In this document: positions 10,245 through 20,507 of the stretch, in pieces
How the letters are laid out: each line of letters begins with the position of its first letter
Numbering within the stretch: the first letter of the stretch is position 1
NCBI GenBank assembly: GCA_944376195.1
Contig: CALWBW010000007.1
Location: 3,230 to 67,229, forward strand
From: an uncultured Clostridia bacterium
GTDB taxonomy: Bacteria > Bacillota > Clostridia > Oscillospirales > QAMX01
DNA length: 64,000 bases
Reading direction: 5' to 3'
Notes under the pieces: model-generated
The model's input: the letters and a program-made list of their open reading frames with translations, nothing else
What the model was told of the DNA's origin: nothing
The model's database searches: none
Made by a program: the position numbers and the translations under genes

Positions 10245-11522
10245 ATGGAACTGAAGAAAAACGAAAAAGTCAATGGTTATACAGTAGAGCTGGAGATTGG
10301 CGTCGGACACGATGAATTTGAAGCCGCCCGCGAACAGGCGTATCGCAAAAACGTCGGAAAAATCACCATCCCCGGTTTCCGCCGCGGCAAAGCGCCCCGC
10401 AAAATGATCGAAAAAATGTACGGCTCCAACGTGTTTGATGAGGACGCCGTCAACATCGCGTTCCCCGCAGCTTATGAAGCCGCGATCGAAGAGGCCGGCG
10501 TCACGCCCGTCGACCAGGCTCAGCTTGATATCGTGGACCTTTCCGACGACGGCTTTACGTTCAAAGCAGTCGTTACCATCCGTCCGTCCATTGATGCCGG
10601 CGATTATAAATCCATCCGTATTGAAAAGCATCAGCATGAAATCACGGATGAGGACGTCGACGCAGAAATCCGCCGTATGGCGGAGCGCAACAGCCGGATC
10701 GAAACGGTTGAGCGCGAAGCGGCTTCCGGCGATACCGTCAATATCGATTACGAGGGATCTGTCGACGGCGTACCGTTTGACGGCGGCCGTGCGGAAGGCT
10801 ATGACCTCCGTCTGGGTTCTGGCACGTTTATCCCCGGATTTGAGGATCAAATCATCGGACACAAAGCAGGCGATGAATTCGATGTCAACGTCACCTTCCC
10901 GGAAGAGTATCACTCCGCTGATCTGGCCGGCAAGAAAGCCGTTTTCAAAACGGTGCTTCACGAAGTAAAGGAAACCATTCTGCCTGAGATCGACGACGAG
11001 TTTGCCAAGGACGTTTCCGAGCACGATACGCTCGAGGAACTGAAAAAAGAAACCCGCGAGAATCTGGAAAAGGCAAATGAAGCGCATATCGAGCAGGAGT
11101 TTGAAGCTGATTTGATGGAAAAGCTTGCGACCCTGGTCACCGATGAAATCCCCGAAGTCATGTACGAAAACGCCATCGATAATATGGTGCAGGATTTTGC
11201 CTACCGCATGAGCATGCAGGGCATCAGCCTGGAGCAGTATCTGAGCATGACCGGTTCCACCATGGAACAGTTCCGCGCGAACTTCCACGATCGTGCCGTC
11301 CAGCAGGTGAAGGTTGGCCTGGAGCTGGAGGCAGTTGCAAAAGCCGAAGGCTTTGACGCTACAGAGGAAGAAATCGACGCCGAGTATGAAAAACTTGCTA
11401 CTGAACAAATGCCTGTGGAGCAGGTAAAAACCTATTTGAACGCCGCGTCTGTACGCAGCGATATTATCACGGAAAAAACCATTAATCTCCTCAAGGAAAT
11501 CGCGGCACAACCAGCTGAATAA
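10245..11522 (+). CDS. tig: Trigger factor
   Basis: IPGFRRGKAPRKMIEKMYG ribosome-binding signature. FKBP-type PPIase middle domain (DYEGSVDGVPFDGG). The start could be GTG 10233 or ATG 10245. Confidence 0.92.
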   Translation: MELKKNEKVNGYTVELEIGVGHDEFEAAREQAYRKNVGKITIPGFRRGKAPRKMIEKMYGSNVFDEDAVNIAFPAAYEAAIEEAGVTPVDQAQLDIVDLSDDGFTFKAVVTIRPSIDAGDYKSIRIEKHQHEITDEDVDAEIRRMAERNSRIETVEREAASGDTVNIDYEGSVDGVPFDGGRAEGYDLRLGSGTFIPGFEDQIIGHKAGDEFDVNVTFPEEYHSADLAGKKAVFKTVLHEVKETILPEIDDEFAKDVSEHDTLEELKKETRENLEKANEAHIEQEFEADLMEKLATLVTDEIPEVMYENAIDNMVQDFAYRMSMQGISLEQYLSMTGSTMEQFRANFHDRAVQQVKVGLELEAVAKAEGFDATEEEIDAEYEKLATEQMPVEQVKTYLNAASVRSDIITEKTINLLKEIAAQPAE

Positions 11523-11594
11523 AGAGAAATCCCCGCATGCGCGTATGTATGTGTCCAATTTTCCGTACATACTTTTAAAAAGGAGCGATACAGC

Positions 11595-12179
11595 ATGAGT
11601 TTAGTCCCAATGGTCATTGAGCAGACGAACCGCGGAGAGCGTTCGTTTGATATTTTCTCTCGTCTTTTAAACGACCGCATTGTGTTTTTAAGCGAAGAAG
11701 TAAACGACACGACTGCGTCACTTGTGGTTGCCCAGCTTCTCTATCTGGAGAGCCAGGATCCCGATCGCGACATCAGCTTTTATATCAACAGCCCCGGCGG
11801 TTCCATCACGGCCGGCATGGCGATTTTTGATACCATGCGCTATATTAAAGCGGATGTTTCCACAATCTGCGTCGGCATGGCCGCCAGCATGGGCTCCTTC
11901 CTGCTGGCCGCCGGTACCAAGGGCAAACGCTTTGCCCTGCCGAACTCTGAAATTCTCATCCATCAGCCTCTGATGGGCGGATTGCAGGGGCAGGCATCGG
12001 ATATAAAGATTCATTCCGACCATTTAATCCGCACACGCGAAAAAATGAACCGTATCCTGAGCGAAATGACCGGCCAGTCCTATGAGACCATCTGCCGGGA
12101 TACCGACCGGGATCATTATATGACGGCGGAAGAAGCCATGCAGTATGGCATCATAGACCGCGTCATCACACAGCGATAA
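11595..12179 (+). CDS. clpP: ATP-dependent Clp protease proteolytic subunit
   Basis: [47 protein letters not shown] (catalytic Ser), IHQP (His). Confidence 0.96.
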   Translation: MSLVPMVIEQTNRGERSFDIFSRLLNDRIVFLSEEVNDTTASLVVAQLLYLESQDPDRDISFYINSPGGSITAGMAIFDTMRYIKADVSTICVGMAASMGSFLLAAGTKGKRFALPNSEILIHQPLMGGLQGQASDIKIHSDHLIRTREKMNRILSEMTGQSYETICRDTDRDHYMTAEEAMQYGIIDRVITQR

Positions 12180-12228
12180 CCATTTACCGGAAGGATTTCC
12201 GGACGTAATACCAGTTCTGAGGTGTCAA

Positions 12229-13539
12229 ATGGCAAAAAACGACGACCAGCGGAATTTACGATGCAGTTTCTGCGGAAAAAGACAGGATCAGGTGGAAAGG
12301 CTCATCGTAGGTCCCAACGCATACATCTGTGACGAGTGCATTGGACTGTGTGTGGAAATTCTGAATGAGGGTAAGGACGACAATCCGGTCTCCCGGCGGC
12401 ACAGCGAAACTTCCGCCCCGCCGGTGCTGATGCGTCCGCGGGAAATCAAACAGGTGCTCGACGAGTACGTAATTGGGCAGGATCGTGCCAAAATCGCGCT
12501 GTCTGTTGCAGTTTATAACCATTATAAGCGTATTTACTATGGTTCGCGTGATAACGACGGCGTGGAAATCCAGAAGTCCAATGTGCTGTTGCTGGGCCCC
12601 ACCGGCTGTGGAAAAACCTTTCTGGCACAGACGCTGGCCCGTGTCCTGAAGGTCCCATTCGCCATTGCGGACGCGACAACCCTCACAGAAGCGGGCTATG
12701 TCGGCGAAGATGTGGAAAACATCCTCCTGCGCCTGATTCAGGCAGCGGATTTTAATGTGGAGCTGGCACAGCGCGGCATCATTTATATTGATGAAATCGA
12801 TAAAATTGCCCGCAAAAGTGAAAATGTTTCCATCACGCGCGACGTATCCGGCGAAGGCGTGCAGCAGGCGCTTTTGAAGATTTTGGAAGGTACCGTTGCG
12901 AACGTTCCGCCCAACGGCGGACGTAAGCATCCGCATCAGGATTTCATTCAAATCGATACCTCGCAAATTCTTTTCATCTGCGGCGGCGCGTTTGACGGGC
13001 TTGATAAAATTATTGAAGCGCGTATGAATCAGTCCAGTCTCGGTTTCGGCGCAGAAATCCGTACCAAGGTAGAACGCAGCTCCGGCGATATCCTCAAGGA
13101 TATTGAACCGCACGATATTTTGAAATACGGCATCATTCCCGAACTGGTCGGGCGTTTGCCTGTTATCACAACGCTTGAACCGCTTTCCCGGGATATGCTG
13201 GTGCGGGTACTCACTGAGCCGAAAAACTCCTTTGTGCAGCAGTATAAGAAATTGCTGCGGTTGGATGGCATTGAGCTGGATTTTGAGCAGGAAGCATTGG
13301 AGGCCATTGCCGACCTCGCTGTAAGCCGGGGAACGGGCGCGCGCGGCTTGCGCTCCATCATTGAAAACGTGATGGGGGAAATCATGTACGACGCGCCGTC
13401 TGATCCCACCATTGTAAAAATCACCGTGACCCGCGAGTGTGTGGACGGCAGCGAACCGCCCATCATGGTGCGCGATCCCTCCCTGCAGGACGGCGGACAG
13501 CGCCGCAGCCTGCCGCCTCGCCGGAACACGGCATCATAA
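12229..13539 (+). CDS. clpX: ATP-dependent Clp protease ATP-binding subunit ClpX
   Basis: Zn finger CSFCGK...CDEC. Walker [29 protein letters not shown]. Confidence 0.96.
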   Translation: MAKNDDQRNLRCSFCGKRQDQVERLIVGPNAYICDECIGLCVEILNEGKDDNPVSRRHSETSAPPVLMRPREIKQVLDEYVIGQDRAKIALSVAVYNHYKRIYYGSRDNDGVEIQKSNVLLLGPTGCGKTFLAQTLARVLKVPFAIADATTLTEAGYVGEDVENILLRLIQAADFNVELAQRGIIYIDEIDKIARKSENVSITRDVSGEGVQQALLKILEGTVANVPPNGGRKHPHQDFIQIDTSQILFICGGAFDGLDKIIEARMNQSSLGFGAEIRTKVERSSGDILKDIEPHDILKYGIIPELVGRLPVITTLEPLSRDMLVRVLTEPKNSFVQQYKKLLRLDGIELDFEQEALEAIADLAVSRGTGARGLRSIIENVMGEIMYDAPSDPTIVKITVTRECVDGSEPPIMVRDPSLQDGGQRRSLPPRRNTAS

Positions 13540-13541
13540 GG

Positions 13542-13669
13542 AAATCAGAGACCGCCTTGATCAAGACGCGGCCGAGACAGGGGATCTCTGCCGCGGCCGC
13601 GTCTTTATGAATAGGCCCGGCTTGCCGGAACCGGGGAAAGGTTCCGTGCGCCGCCGTCTCTGATTTTTT
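13542..13669 (+). terminator. Compound three-helix element closing on a T-run between clpX and lon
   Basis: Outer helix AAATCAGAGAC (13542-13552) / GTCTCTGATTT (13656-13666), then TTT. It encloses a 12-bp hairpin (13563-13574/13594-13605) and a 7-bp hairpin (13626-13632/13640-13646). Confidence 0.45.
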
Positions 13670-13701
13670 CCTATTCCCAAATATTTTTTGAGGACTGAGA
13701 C

Positions 13702-16131
13702 ATGAATCAAACTATTACGCTGATGCCTCTGCTGCCGCTGCGCGGTTTGGTACTTTACCCCGAAATGATCCTGCACTTTGATCTGGGACGGGAGAGTTCT
13801 ATTCGCGCCGCTGAATATGCCATGAGCAATCATACGCCGGTATTCCTGGTAGCGCAGCGCGACATCAAGGACGAAAACCCGGATTTTGACGCGCTTTACC
13901 GAATCGGCACTGTCGCGCAGGTGCGTCAAATTCTTCGTCTTCCCGGAAATGATGTTCGAATCCTGGTGGAAGGAGAAAGCCGTGCGCGCCTGCTCGGCGT
14001 TATGGAAGACGATTCTTTAAAAAAAGCGGAAATTGAGGTGCTCGATACCATTCCCGCGCCCATTGGAAATGCGCGCACAGAGGCGCTCTATCGCAGAATT
14101 CAGGAGACGTTTGAGTCTTATGCGGCTCTTGCGCCGCGCATGACGCCGGAAGTCGTGATGAACGTACTGGGCGCCGAAGATTTAGGACGCCTGTCCGACT
14201 ATATTGCGCAGAGCATCCAGCTCCGCTATCAGGTGAAGCAGCGGATTTTGGAGCTCATCGATCCCATCCGCCGCGCCATGGAAATGATCTCCCTCTTGAA
14301 AGAAGAACTCGAGATTTTAACCATCGGACAACGAATTTCGCAAAAGGTTCGCGCCCAGATGGATAAAAATCAGCGCGACTATTTTCTGCGTGAGCAGCTT
14401 CGCGCCATAGAAGAAGAGCTGGGAGAGTTCGACGAAGACGATGACGATGATTCCTATCGTGAACGGATTCTGGCGCTCGGTTTGGAAAAAGAAAGTGAAG
14501 AGCATCTGCTGAAAGAAGCAAAGCGCCTCACCCGAATGCAGCCTTCCTCTCCGGAAAGCAACGTCATACATACGTATCTTGATACCGTGCTGGAACTCCC
14601 GTGGAATAAACGGGATCGTGAGCGCGCGGACCTGACAGCCGCCCGGCGGATTTTGGACCGCGATCATTACGGCATGGAAAAAGTCAAGGAACGTATTTTG
14701 GAATTCATGGCCGTACGGAAACTGAATCCCGGTTTGAAAGGCCAAATCATCTGCCTGATCGGCCCGCCAGGCGTTGGGAAAACTTCCGTCGGCGTCTCCA
14801 TCGCCGAAGCGCTTGGCCGGAAATACGCCCGCCTGTCGCTCGGCGGCGTGCGGGACGAAGCCGATATCCGCGGCCACCGGAAAACGTATATCGGCGCCAT
14901 GCCGGGACGCATTATGGCCGCCCTGGCGCGCGCGGGCAGCGCCAACGCGCTTTTACTCCTCGACGAAGTCGACAAACTGGGCGCCGATTATCGCGGCGAT
15001 CCCTCGGCGGCGCTTCTGGAGGTGCTGGACCCGGAGCAAAACCGCGCCTTCCGCGATCATTATATCGAACTCCCCTTTGATCTCTCCGATGTGCTCTTTA
15101 TTGTCACCGCGAATACGGCGGACACCATTCCGCGTCCCCTTCTTGACCGAATGGAAGTCATCGAAATGCCCGGTTATACAGACGAAGAAAAACTGCACAT
15201 TGCAAAAGACCATCTTTTCCCACGTCAGCTGACGCGTCACGGCCTCAAGAAAACGCAGCTTCGTATTCAAGACGCCGCGTTTTCCGCCATTGCCGCGCGC
15301 TATACGCGTGAATCCGGCGTCCGGCAGCTGGAACGGGAAATCGCGAAAATCTGCCGCCATACGGCAAAACTTGTCGCGGACAACCCCGAACGGAAACGAA
15401 CCCCCGCCACGCCTCCCAATCTCTCCGATCTTCTGGGCATTCCCATTTTCCAGCCTGTTTATGTCAGCCAGGCGGACGAATGCGGTGTGGTCAATGGCCT
15501 GGCCTGGACCTCGGTGGGCGGCGAAATGCTGGAGGTGGAAGTCAATGTCGTGGATGGCAGCGGAAAAACGGAGCTCACCGGAAATCTCGGAAACGTGATG
15601 AAAGAATCCGCGTATGCGGGAATCTCCTACATCCGCAGCCGGGCCAAAGCGTTGGGCATTGACCCGGATTTTTATAAAAAATACGACATGCACATTCATT
15701 TTCCGGAAAGCGCCATTCCGAAAGACGGCCCTTCCGCCGGGATTACCATCACCACCGCCCTGGTCTCTGCCTTAACCGGCCGTCCGGTACGGCACGAAGT
15801 GGCCATGACGGGCGAAGTTACTTTGCGTGGACGCGTCCTGCCCATCGGCGGCCTGCGGGAAAAGACCATGGCTGCCTATCGCGCGGGAATCCGTACCGTT
15901 ATCATTCCGGAGGCAAACCGCAAAGATCTGGAAGATCTCGTCCCGGCCGTACGGGAACACCTGCAATTTGTGTTGGCGTCCCATATGGACCGCGTCTTGG
16001 AAGAAGCGCTCGTTATCCCCTGCCCTGCCTCGGATGCGCCATTGGACCTTTCCGATACGCCGGCGCAGGCGGTAGATCCTCTGGCAGAGCCTGCCTCCCA
16101 TTCTACCTATGCCGATACCTTGAAACATTGA
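13702..16131 (+). CDS. lon: Lon protease (LonA)
   Basis: 809 aa. N-terminal LON domain. Walker [10 protein letters not shown]. Catalytic [10 protein letters not shown]. Confidence 0.95.
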   Translation: MNQTITLMPLLPLRGLVLYPEMILHFDLGRESSIRAAEYAMSNHTPVFLVAQRDIKDENPDFDALYRIGTVAQVRQILRLPGNDVRILVEGESRARLLGVMEDDSLKKAEIEVLDTIPAPIGNARTEALYRRIQETFESYAALAPRMTPEVVMNVLGAEDLGRLSDYIAQSIQLRYQVKQRILELIDPIRRAMEMISLLKEELEILTIGQRISQKVRAQMDKNQRDYFLREQLRAIEEELGEFDEDDDDDSYRERILALGLEKESEEHLLKEAKRLTRMQPSSPESNVIHTYLDTVLELPWNKRDRERADLTAARRILDRDHYGMEKVKERILEFMAVRKLNPGLKGQIICLIGPPGVGKTSVGVSIAEALGRKYARLSLGGVRDEADIRGHRKTYIGAMPGRIMAALARAGSANALLLLDEVDKLGADYRGDPSAALLEVLDPEQNRAFRDHYIELPFDLSDVLFIVTANTADTIPRPLLDRMEVIEMPGYTDEEKLHIAKDHLFPRQLTRHGLKKTQLRIQDAAFSAIAARYTRESGVRQLEREIAKICRHTAKLVADNPERKRTPATPPNLSDLLGIPIFQPVYVSQADECGVVNGLAWTSVGGEMLEVEVNVVDGSGKTELTGNLGNVMKESAYAGISYIRSRAKALGIDPDFYKKYDMHIHFPESAIPKDGPSAGITITTALVSALTGRPVRHEVAMTGEVTLRGRVLPIGGLREKTMAAYRAGIRTVIIPEANRKDLEDLVPAVREHLQFVLASHMDRVLEEALVIPCPASDAPLDLSDTPAQAVDPLAEPASHSTYADTLKH

Positions 16132-16141
16132 GGGAACCAAC

Positions 16142-16732
16142 GTGATTCATCTTCAAAAAGCAGAATTTCTGCGTTCCGCCGCCGACCTTTCCGGACTGCC
16201 CAGAGACGGCCTTCCGCAAATTGTCTTTGCAGGACGGTCAAATGTGGGGAAGTCCTCTGTCATCAACTGCCTGTTGGGACGAAAAAACTTGGCGCGCACC
16301 AGTTCCGTTCCGGGAAAAACCGCCAATATCAATCTCTATGCCATCGACGGACAGCTTTACTTCACCGATTTGCCGGGATATGGGTTCGCGCAGGTAAGTC
16401 AAAATGAGCGCCGCCGCTGGGGAGAACTGATGGACCGGTACTTCGCCGGCTGCCGGGATATTGCGCTGGGTGTACTGGTTGTCGACCTTCGTCACAAACC
16501 GACGACGGACGACGTAGCCATGGCCTCTGTCTTCCGGCAACTCTCGCTGCCTTTTGTGGTCTGCGCAAACAAAGCGGACAAACTGGGCAAAACGCAGCTT
16601 GAAAACTGCCGCAACCTTGTCGCGGAGACGTTGGACGTCGCGGCGGATCGGCTGATCTTGTTTTCCGCCCTGAAAGGGATGGGAAAGCAGGAACTTTTGA
16701 CGCAAATTTTTGCACATATCCCCAATACATGA
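16142..16732 (+). CDS. engB: Ribosome biogenesis GTP-binding protein YihA/YsxC (EngB)
   Basis: GTG start after GAGGGA. GRSNVGKSSVINCL, PGKTANINLY, DLPGYGFA, NKADK. Conserved lon-engB order. Confidence 0.9.
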   Translation: MIHLQKAEFLRSAADLSGLPRDGLPQIVFAGRSNVGKSSVINCLLGRKNLARTSSVPGKTANINLYAIDGQLYFTDLPGYGFAQVSQNERRRWGELMDRYFAGCRDIALGVLVVDLRHKPTTDDVAMASVFRQLSLPFVVCANKADKLGKTQLENCRNLVAETLDVAADRLILFSALKGMGKQELLTQIFAHIPNT

Positions 16733-16737
16733 GAAAT

Positions 16738-16780
16738 ACGGATTTGCACTCGGAAAACCGGCGCAAATCCGTACTTTTTT
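16738..16780 (+). terminator. Intrinsic terminator after engB
   Basis: ACGGATTTGC-loop-GCAAATCCGT followed by acTTTTTT. Confidence 0.7.
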
Positions 16781-16871
16781 GCCGCAATTTCCCGTTTGTT
16801 TTCGCTTAGCACCGAAAAATCGGAAAAAATCGCCAAAATTCGACGCAATCATCCCCAGGAAAATGTAACAG

Positions 16872-16900
16872 TTGTATCAAAGCTGCGCCTATGTTATAAT
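16872..16900 (+). promoter_or_regulatory. Sigma-A promoter (extended -10) for the MoxR operon
   Basis: TTGTAT-17 nt-TATAAT, with TGt immediately upstream of the -10. Confidence 0.55.
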
Positions 16901-16978
16901 AAGGAAAATATATTTGGTCCCCGGTTGCCGTGCCGGACAGCTTTTCACAACACCATCTTGCAGCATGGAGGTCGTTTT

Positions 16979-17935
16979 ATGGAATTACGCGAAATCAGAG
17001 ACTTGTGTGAAAAAATTCGAACCAATATCAACCATGTCATCATCGGAAAGGAAGACGTGATCGATCATCTTTTGATTGCCATGGTGGCTTCCGGGCATAT
17101 TCTTCTGGAGGACGTCCCCGGCACAGGGAAAACCATGTTGGCCAAGTCTACCGCCAAATCCTTATCCTGCGATTTCAAACGAATCCAATTCACACCCGAC
17201 CTGCTCCCCTCCGATCTCTCCGGCATCAATTTTTATGATCAGAAGGCCGGCGAATTCCGCTTCCGTCCCGGCGCGATATTCACCAACATTTTGCTGGGAG
17301 ACGAAATCAACCGCGCCACGCCGCGTACCCAGTCGGCGCTTTTAGAGTGCATGGAGGAACGGCAGGTCACCATCGATGGTGTGACGACACCGCTTGCAGC
17401 GCCCTTTATGGTCATCGCCACGCAAAACCCGGTGGAAACCCAGGGCACATTCCCGCTGCCCGAAGCGCAGCTTGACCGTTTTCTGATCAAAACCGATATG
17501 GGATATCCCTCCACGGAGGACGGCGTCAGCATACTCTCCCGATTCAAGTCTGAAAACCCGCTGGATGCCATGGAACCGGTCGCGACCGCAGCCGACATCA
17601 TCGCGGCGCAGCAGTCCTATACCGCCGTCCATGTGTCACAGGGGATGTTAACTTATATTGTGCAAATTGCGGAGGAAACACGCCGCCATCCGGATATCAT
17701 CCTGGGCGTCAGCCCACGCGGCACGCAGGCGCTCTTGAAAACCGTGCAGGTACATGCGATCCTCGCCGGACGTGATTTTGTCACACCGGACGATGTCAAG
17801 GCTATGATCCGTCCTGTTTTTGGGCACCGTATCATGCTGAAAAACAGTGCGCGTGTGAAAAAAGGCATGAATTTTGAAATTTTGGACTTCATTCTCTCCC
17901 GTGTGACCGTCCCGACGGAAGATCTCGAACACTGA
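16979..17935 (+). CDS. MoxR-family AAA+ ATPase
   Basis: Walker A EDVPGTGKT. Walker B LLGDEINRA. ATQNPVETQGTFPLPEAQLDRF. ATG at 16979 after GGAGG (track ORF starts at 16796). Confidence 0.9.
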   Translation: MELREIRDLCEKIRTNINHVIIGKEDVIDHLLIAMVASGHILLEDVPGTGKTMLAKSTAKSLSCDFKRIQFTPDLLPSDLSGINFYDQKAGEFRFRPGAIFTNILLGDEINRATPRTQSALLECMEERQVTIDGVTTPLAAPFMVIATQNPVETQGTFPLPEAQLDRFLIKTDMGYPSTEDGVSILSRFKSENPLDAMEPVATAADIIAAQQSYTAVHVSQGMLTYIVQIAEETRRHPDIILGVSPRGTQALLKTVQVHAILAGRDFVTPDDVKAMIRPVFGHRIMLKNSARVKKGMNFEILDFILSRVTVPTEDLEH

Positions 17936-17960
17936 GCGCGTCCCGGAAGGAGGTCAGATC

Positions 17961-19124
17961 ATGTGGATCATTTCCCTTTTTTTCGCGCTGATCCTCGTTG
18001 CGGGGCTCCAAGTGTGGATTTTTTCACGCTTCAGCTTCAAACGGTTGACCTATCATCGTTCGTTTACGCCAAACGTTGTAAACGAAGGCGATACGGTAAC
18101 CATGCTGGAAACCATTCGCAATGAAAAGCTGCTCCCGCTCCCCTGGGTCCGTATTGAAGCGGGAATCAGCTCCAATCTGATTTTTAGCGCGCAAAATACC
18201 CGCCGGAACAGCAGCCAGACACCGGACGCGCAAACCGCGCAGGACAATACCCAGGCCGCCGTGCGAAGCGATGCGCGTCAGTATCACCGCAGTATTTTTG
18301 CGCTTGGCCCCTATTCCCATGTCACACGCCGCCATAAGGTCACCTGTCCGCACCGCGGCTACTATTACATTCCCAGCGTTGCGGTCACCTCGGGCGATCT
18401 TCTGGGCCTTTCCAAGGGGAAATCTCACGAAATTGAGACGGACTCTCTGGTCGTAGTGTATCCCACGACAGTACCCATTGCGGACATTTTAAACAACCAG
18501 ACCAGCTTTACCGGAGACGTCGTCGTACGGCGCTGGATCGTTGACGATCCCTTCATGATCCGCGGCGTGCGTGCCTATACCGGTTTGGAACCCTATAACC
18601 GCATCAACTGGAAAGCAACCGCCAAGACCGGAGAAATGCAGGTACACGATTTCGACTTCACCTCCGACATCCAGCTCATGATCTTCGTGAATATCGACAT
18701 TTCCGCGGACCAGTGGGGCGCCGTAGTAGATGAAGCGCGCGCAGAACACGCGCTTTCCCTCGCGGCTTCCGTCGCACAGTATGCAATTGAAAACGGGATT
18801 GAAACTGGGTTCTCCACCAATGCCCGCATTTTGGACGATCAGGAAACCGTTGCGTATATCGAGCCGCGTTCCGGCAGTACACAGATCACGGAAATTTTTG
18901 ATCTCATCGCAAAGCTTACGCTTATCCGGGTTGTCAGCTTCGGCACGCTTCTGCGCCAAGTGGTTTCCCAAGGCCTGAACAACTTGGACCTTCTTCTCAT
19001 CACCGCATATACGGACGAACTTATCGACCAGCAAATTGAATTTCTTCGCACAGCCGGAAACCATGTGGAGATTCTCTCGCCGGAGGCTGTTGAGTCTCCC
19101 GTATCGGAGGAGGTGCCGTCATGA
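17961..19124 (+). CDS. DUF58 domain-containing protein (MoxR partner)
   Basis: N-terminal TM helix. Size and position directly after MoxR. GGAAGGAGG RBS. Confidence 0.8.
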   Translation: MWIISLFFALILVAGLQVWIFSRFSFKRLTYHRSFTPNVVNEGDTVTMLETIRNEKLLPLPWVRIEAGISSNLIFSAQNTRRNSSQTPDAQTAQDNTQAAVRSDARQYHRSIFALGPYSHVTRRHKVTCPHRGYYYIPSVAVTSGDLLGLSKGKSHEIETDSLVVVYPTTVPIADILNNQTSFTGDVVVRRWIVDDPFMIRGVRAYTGLEPYNRINWKATAKTGEMQVHDFDFTSDIQLMIFVNIDISADQWGAVVDEARAEHALSLAASVAQYAIENGIETGFSTNARILDDQETVAYIEPRSGSTQITEIFDLIAKLTLIRVVSFGTLLRQVVSQGLNNLDLLLITAYTDELIDQQIEFLRTAGNHVEILSPEAVESPVSEEVPS

Positions 19125-20437
19125 TTCGCAAAAATCCTACCTTCCATGCGCTTCTGCATATTCTGGCAGAGTATTGTATGGTATTCCCGCTTCTGTATCT
19201 GATCAGCACCTTTATGACCGGCGTCATGTCCACCATTTTTCTGGTTATGATCCTCTGCTTTGCTCTGCTTGGATTTTTCACCAGAAGATTCATTCCTGTC
19301 CCGTGGCTGCAGCTGGCAATCGGGCTGCCTGCGTGTTTCCTTTTGGCGATCTGGCTCGGCCTGACCTTTGGTTCTCGCGCAGAACCTGTTACTTATATTT
19401 TTCCGGCCGTTCTGTCGCCGCTTGTCTTTTATCGCGGCAAACAACATGCGCAAAACGATTGGAACGCCATTTTGCCGACTTACGCGCCCTGCTTTATCAT
19501 GATACTCAATTTTATCGTAATGGCGCTCGTCAATTATCTCGGCGCGCTCACGCCTTTTGCCGCCGTTTTGACGCCGGCAGGCATTCTTTCGCTCCTCTTT
19601 TCCTTCTTTGCCATGAACCATCTCAATCGCCGGAATCTCGCAGACAATCAACGGGCAGGAAGCCGAATTGCCACTGCGGTATCCAAAAGCCTCTCGCTGC
19701 AAAATCAAATTTTGCTCACCGTCCTGCTGGTCCTGGGCGCGCTGCTTTCCTGTATGCCCTGGCTGCTGACAGCTGCCGGCTACCTTTTTCAGTTCGTCAG
19801 TTTCCTCGTGGGACTGCTGCTGAATCTGATTTTGGCGCTGGTGCCACCCCTCCAGGGGAGCGTCTCAGAGCAGGATTCTGTACAAAACCCCATGGTGGGC
19901 GAAATCAACACCGCCTGGGACGGGTTCTTCAAGGTACTGGCCGGCATTTTCTTTGTGCTGGTCCTTGCGGTATTGCTCATCCTGCTCTTCCTCATCCTTC
20001 GCAAACTGATCAAGCTTCTGCGTTCTATCCTTCACAATATGCTGAAACAGGATGGCCTGATCGGCAACGGCGGTGAAAGTTTTGAAGACACGCAGGAATC
20101 CACCATTGACTTCCGCGACTTGCCGCGAAAATACTATGACAATTTTAAGAAAAAGTTCGCGCAGCTCCGGCGCGGAAAGCGCTGGAACGAGCTCCAGACG
20201 GAAAGCGAACGCGTGCGGTATCTCTACCGCAGCTCGTTAAAGCGCGCGGAGAAATCCGGTTACCACCACAAGACTTCCTATACGCCGCATGAGGCATTGG
20301 ATGAAGCGGCGCAGGATCTGCCGCAAATCCAGCCCGTTCGGGAAGATCTGGCCGCGCAGTATGATCTGGTCCGGTATGCAGAGCGGGAACCGGCCCCCGG
20401 CAACGCCGAGCGGATCCGGGAACAATCCGGGCTTTAA
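19121..20437 (+). CDS. Polytopic membrane protein with C-terminal DUF4129-like cytoplasmic domain
   Basis: ATGA overlap with the DUF58 gene. About 7-8 hydrophobic helices. The soluble tail ...YTPHEALDEAAQ...LAAQYDLVRYAEREP resembles DUF4129. No transglutaminase Cys-His-Asp core recognised. Confidence 0.6.
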   Translation: MIRKNPTFHALLHILAEYCMVFPLLYLISTFMTGVMSTIFLVMILCFALLGFFTRRFIPVPWLQLAIGLPACFLLAIWLGLTFGSRAEPVTYIFPAVLSPLVFYRGKQHAQNDWNAILPTYAPCFIMILNFIVMALVNYLGALTPFAAVLTPAGILSLLFSFFAMNHLNRRNLADNQRAGSRIATAVSKSLSLQNQILLTVLLVLGALLSCMPWLLTAAGYLFQFVSFLVGLLLNLILALVPPLQGSVSEQDSVQNPMVGEINTAWDGFFKVLAGIFFVLVLAVLLILLFLILRKLIKLLRSILHNMLKQDGLIGNGGESFEDTQESTIDFRDLPRKYYDNFKKKFAQLRRGKRWNELQTESERVRYLYRSSLKRAEKSGYHHKTSYTPHEALDEAAQDLPQIQPVREDLAAQYDLVRYAEREPAPGNAERIREQSGL

Positions 20438-20461
20438 ACCACGTTGTTTTTCTTCCTGTAT

Positions 20462-20503
20462 AAAAAAGACGGCGGGAACTTCTTGGTTCCCGCCGTCTTT
20501 TTT
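20462..20503. terminator. Bidirectional intrinsic terminator
   Basis: AAAAAA-GACGGCGGGAAC-ttcttg-GTTCCCGCCGTC-TTTTTT, between convergent genes. Confidence 0.75.
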
Positions 20504-20507
20504 CCTG

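Noticed and set aside
10143-11570. 475-aa minus-strand ORF
   Set aside because: It is antisense to trigger factor and its sequence is low-complexity Phe/Leu/Asp-rich. No RBS. Same artefact class.
11523-11594. Search for CtsR (GGTCAAA repeats) or CIRCE (TTAGCACTC-N9-GAGTGCTAA) operators upstream of clpP, clpX and lon
   Set aside because: I found no match by eye in the tig-clpP, clpP-clpX or clpX-lon spacers. A TTAGCAC fragment near 16806 lacks the inverted partner.
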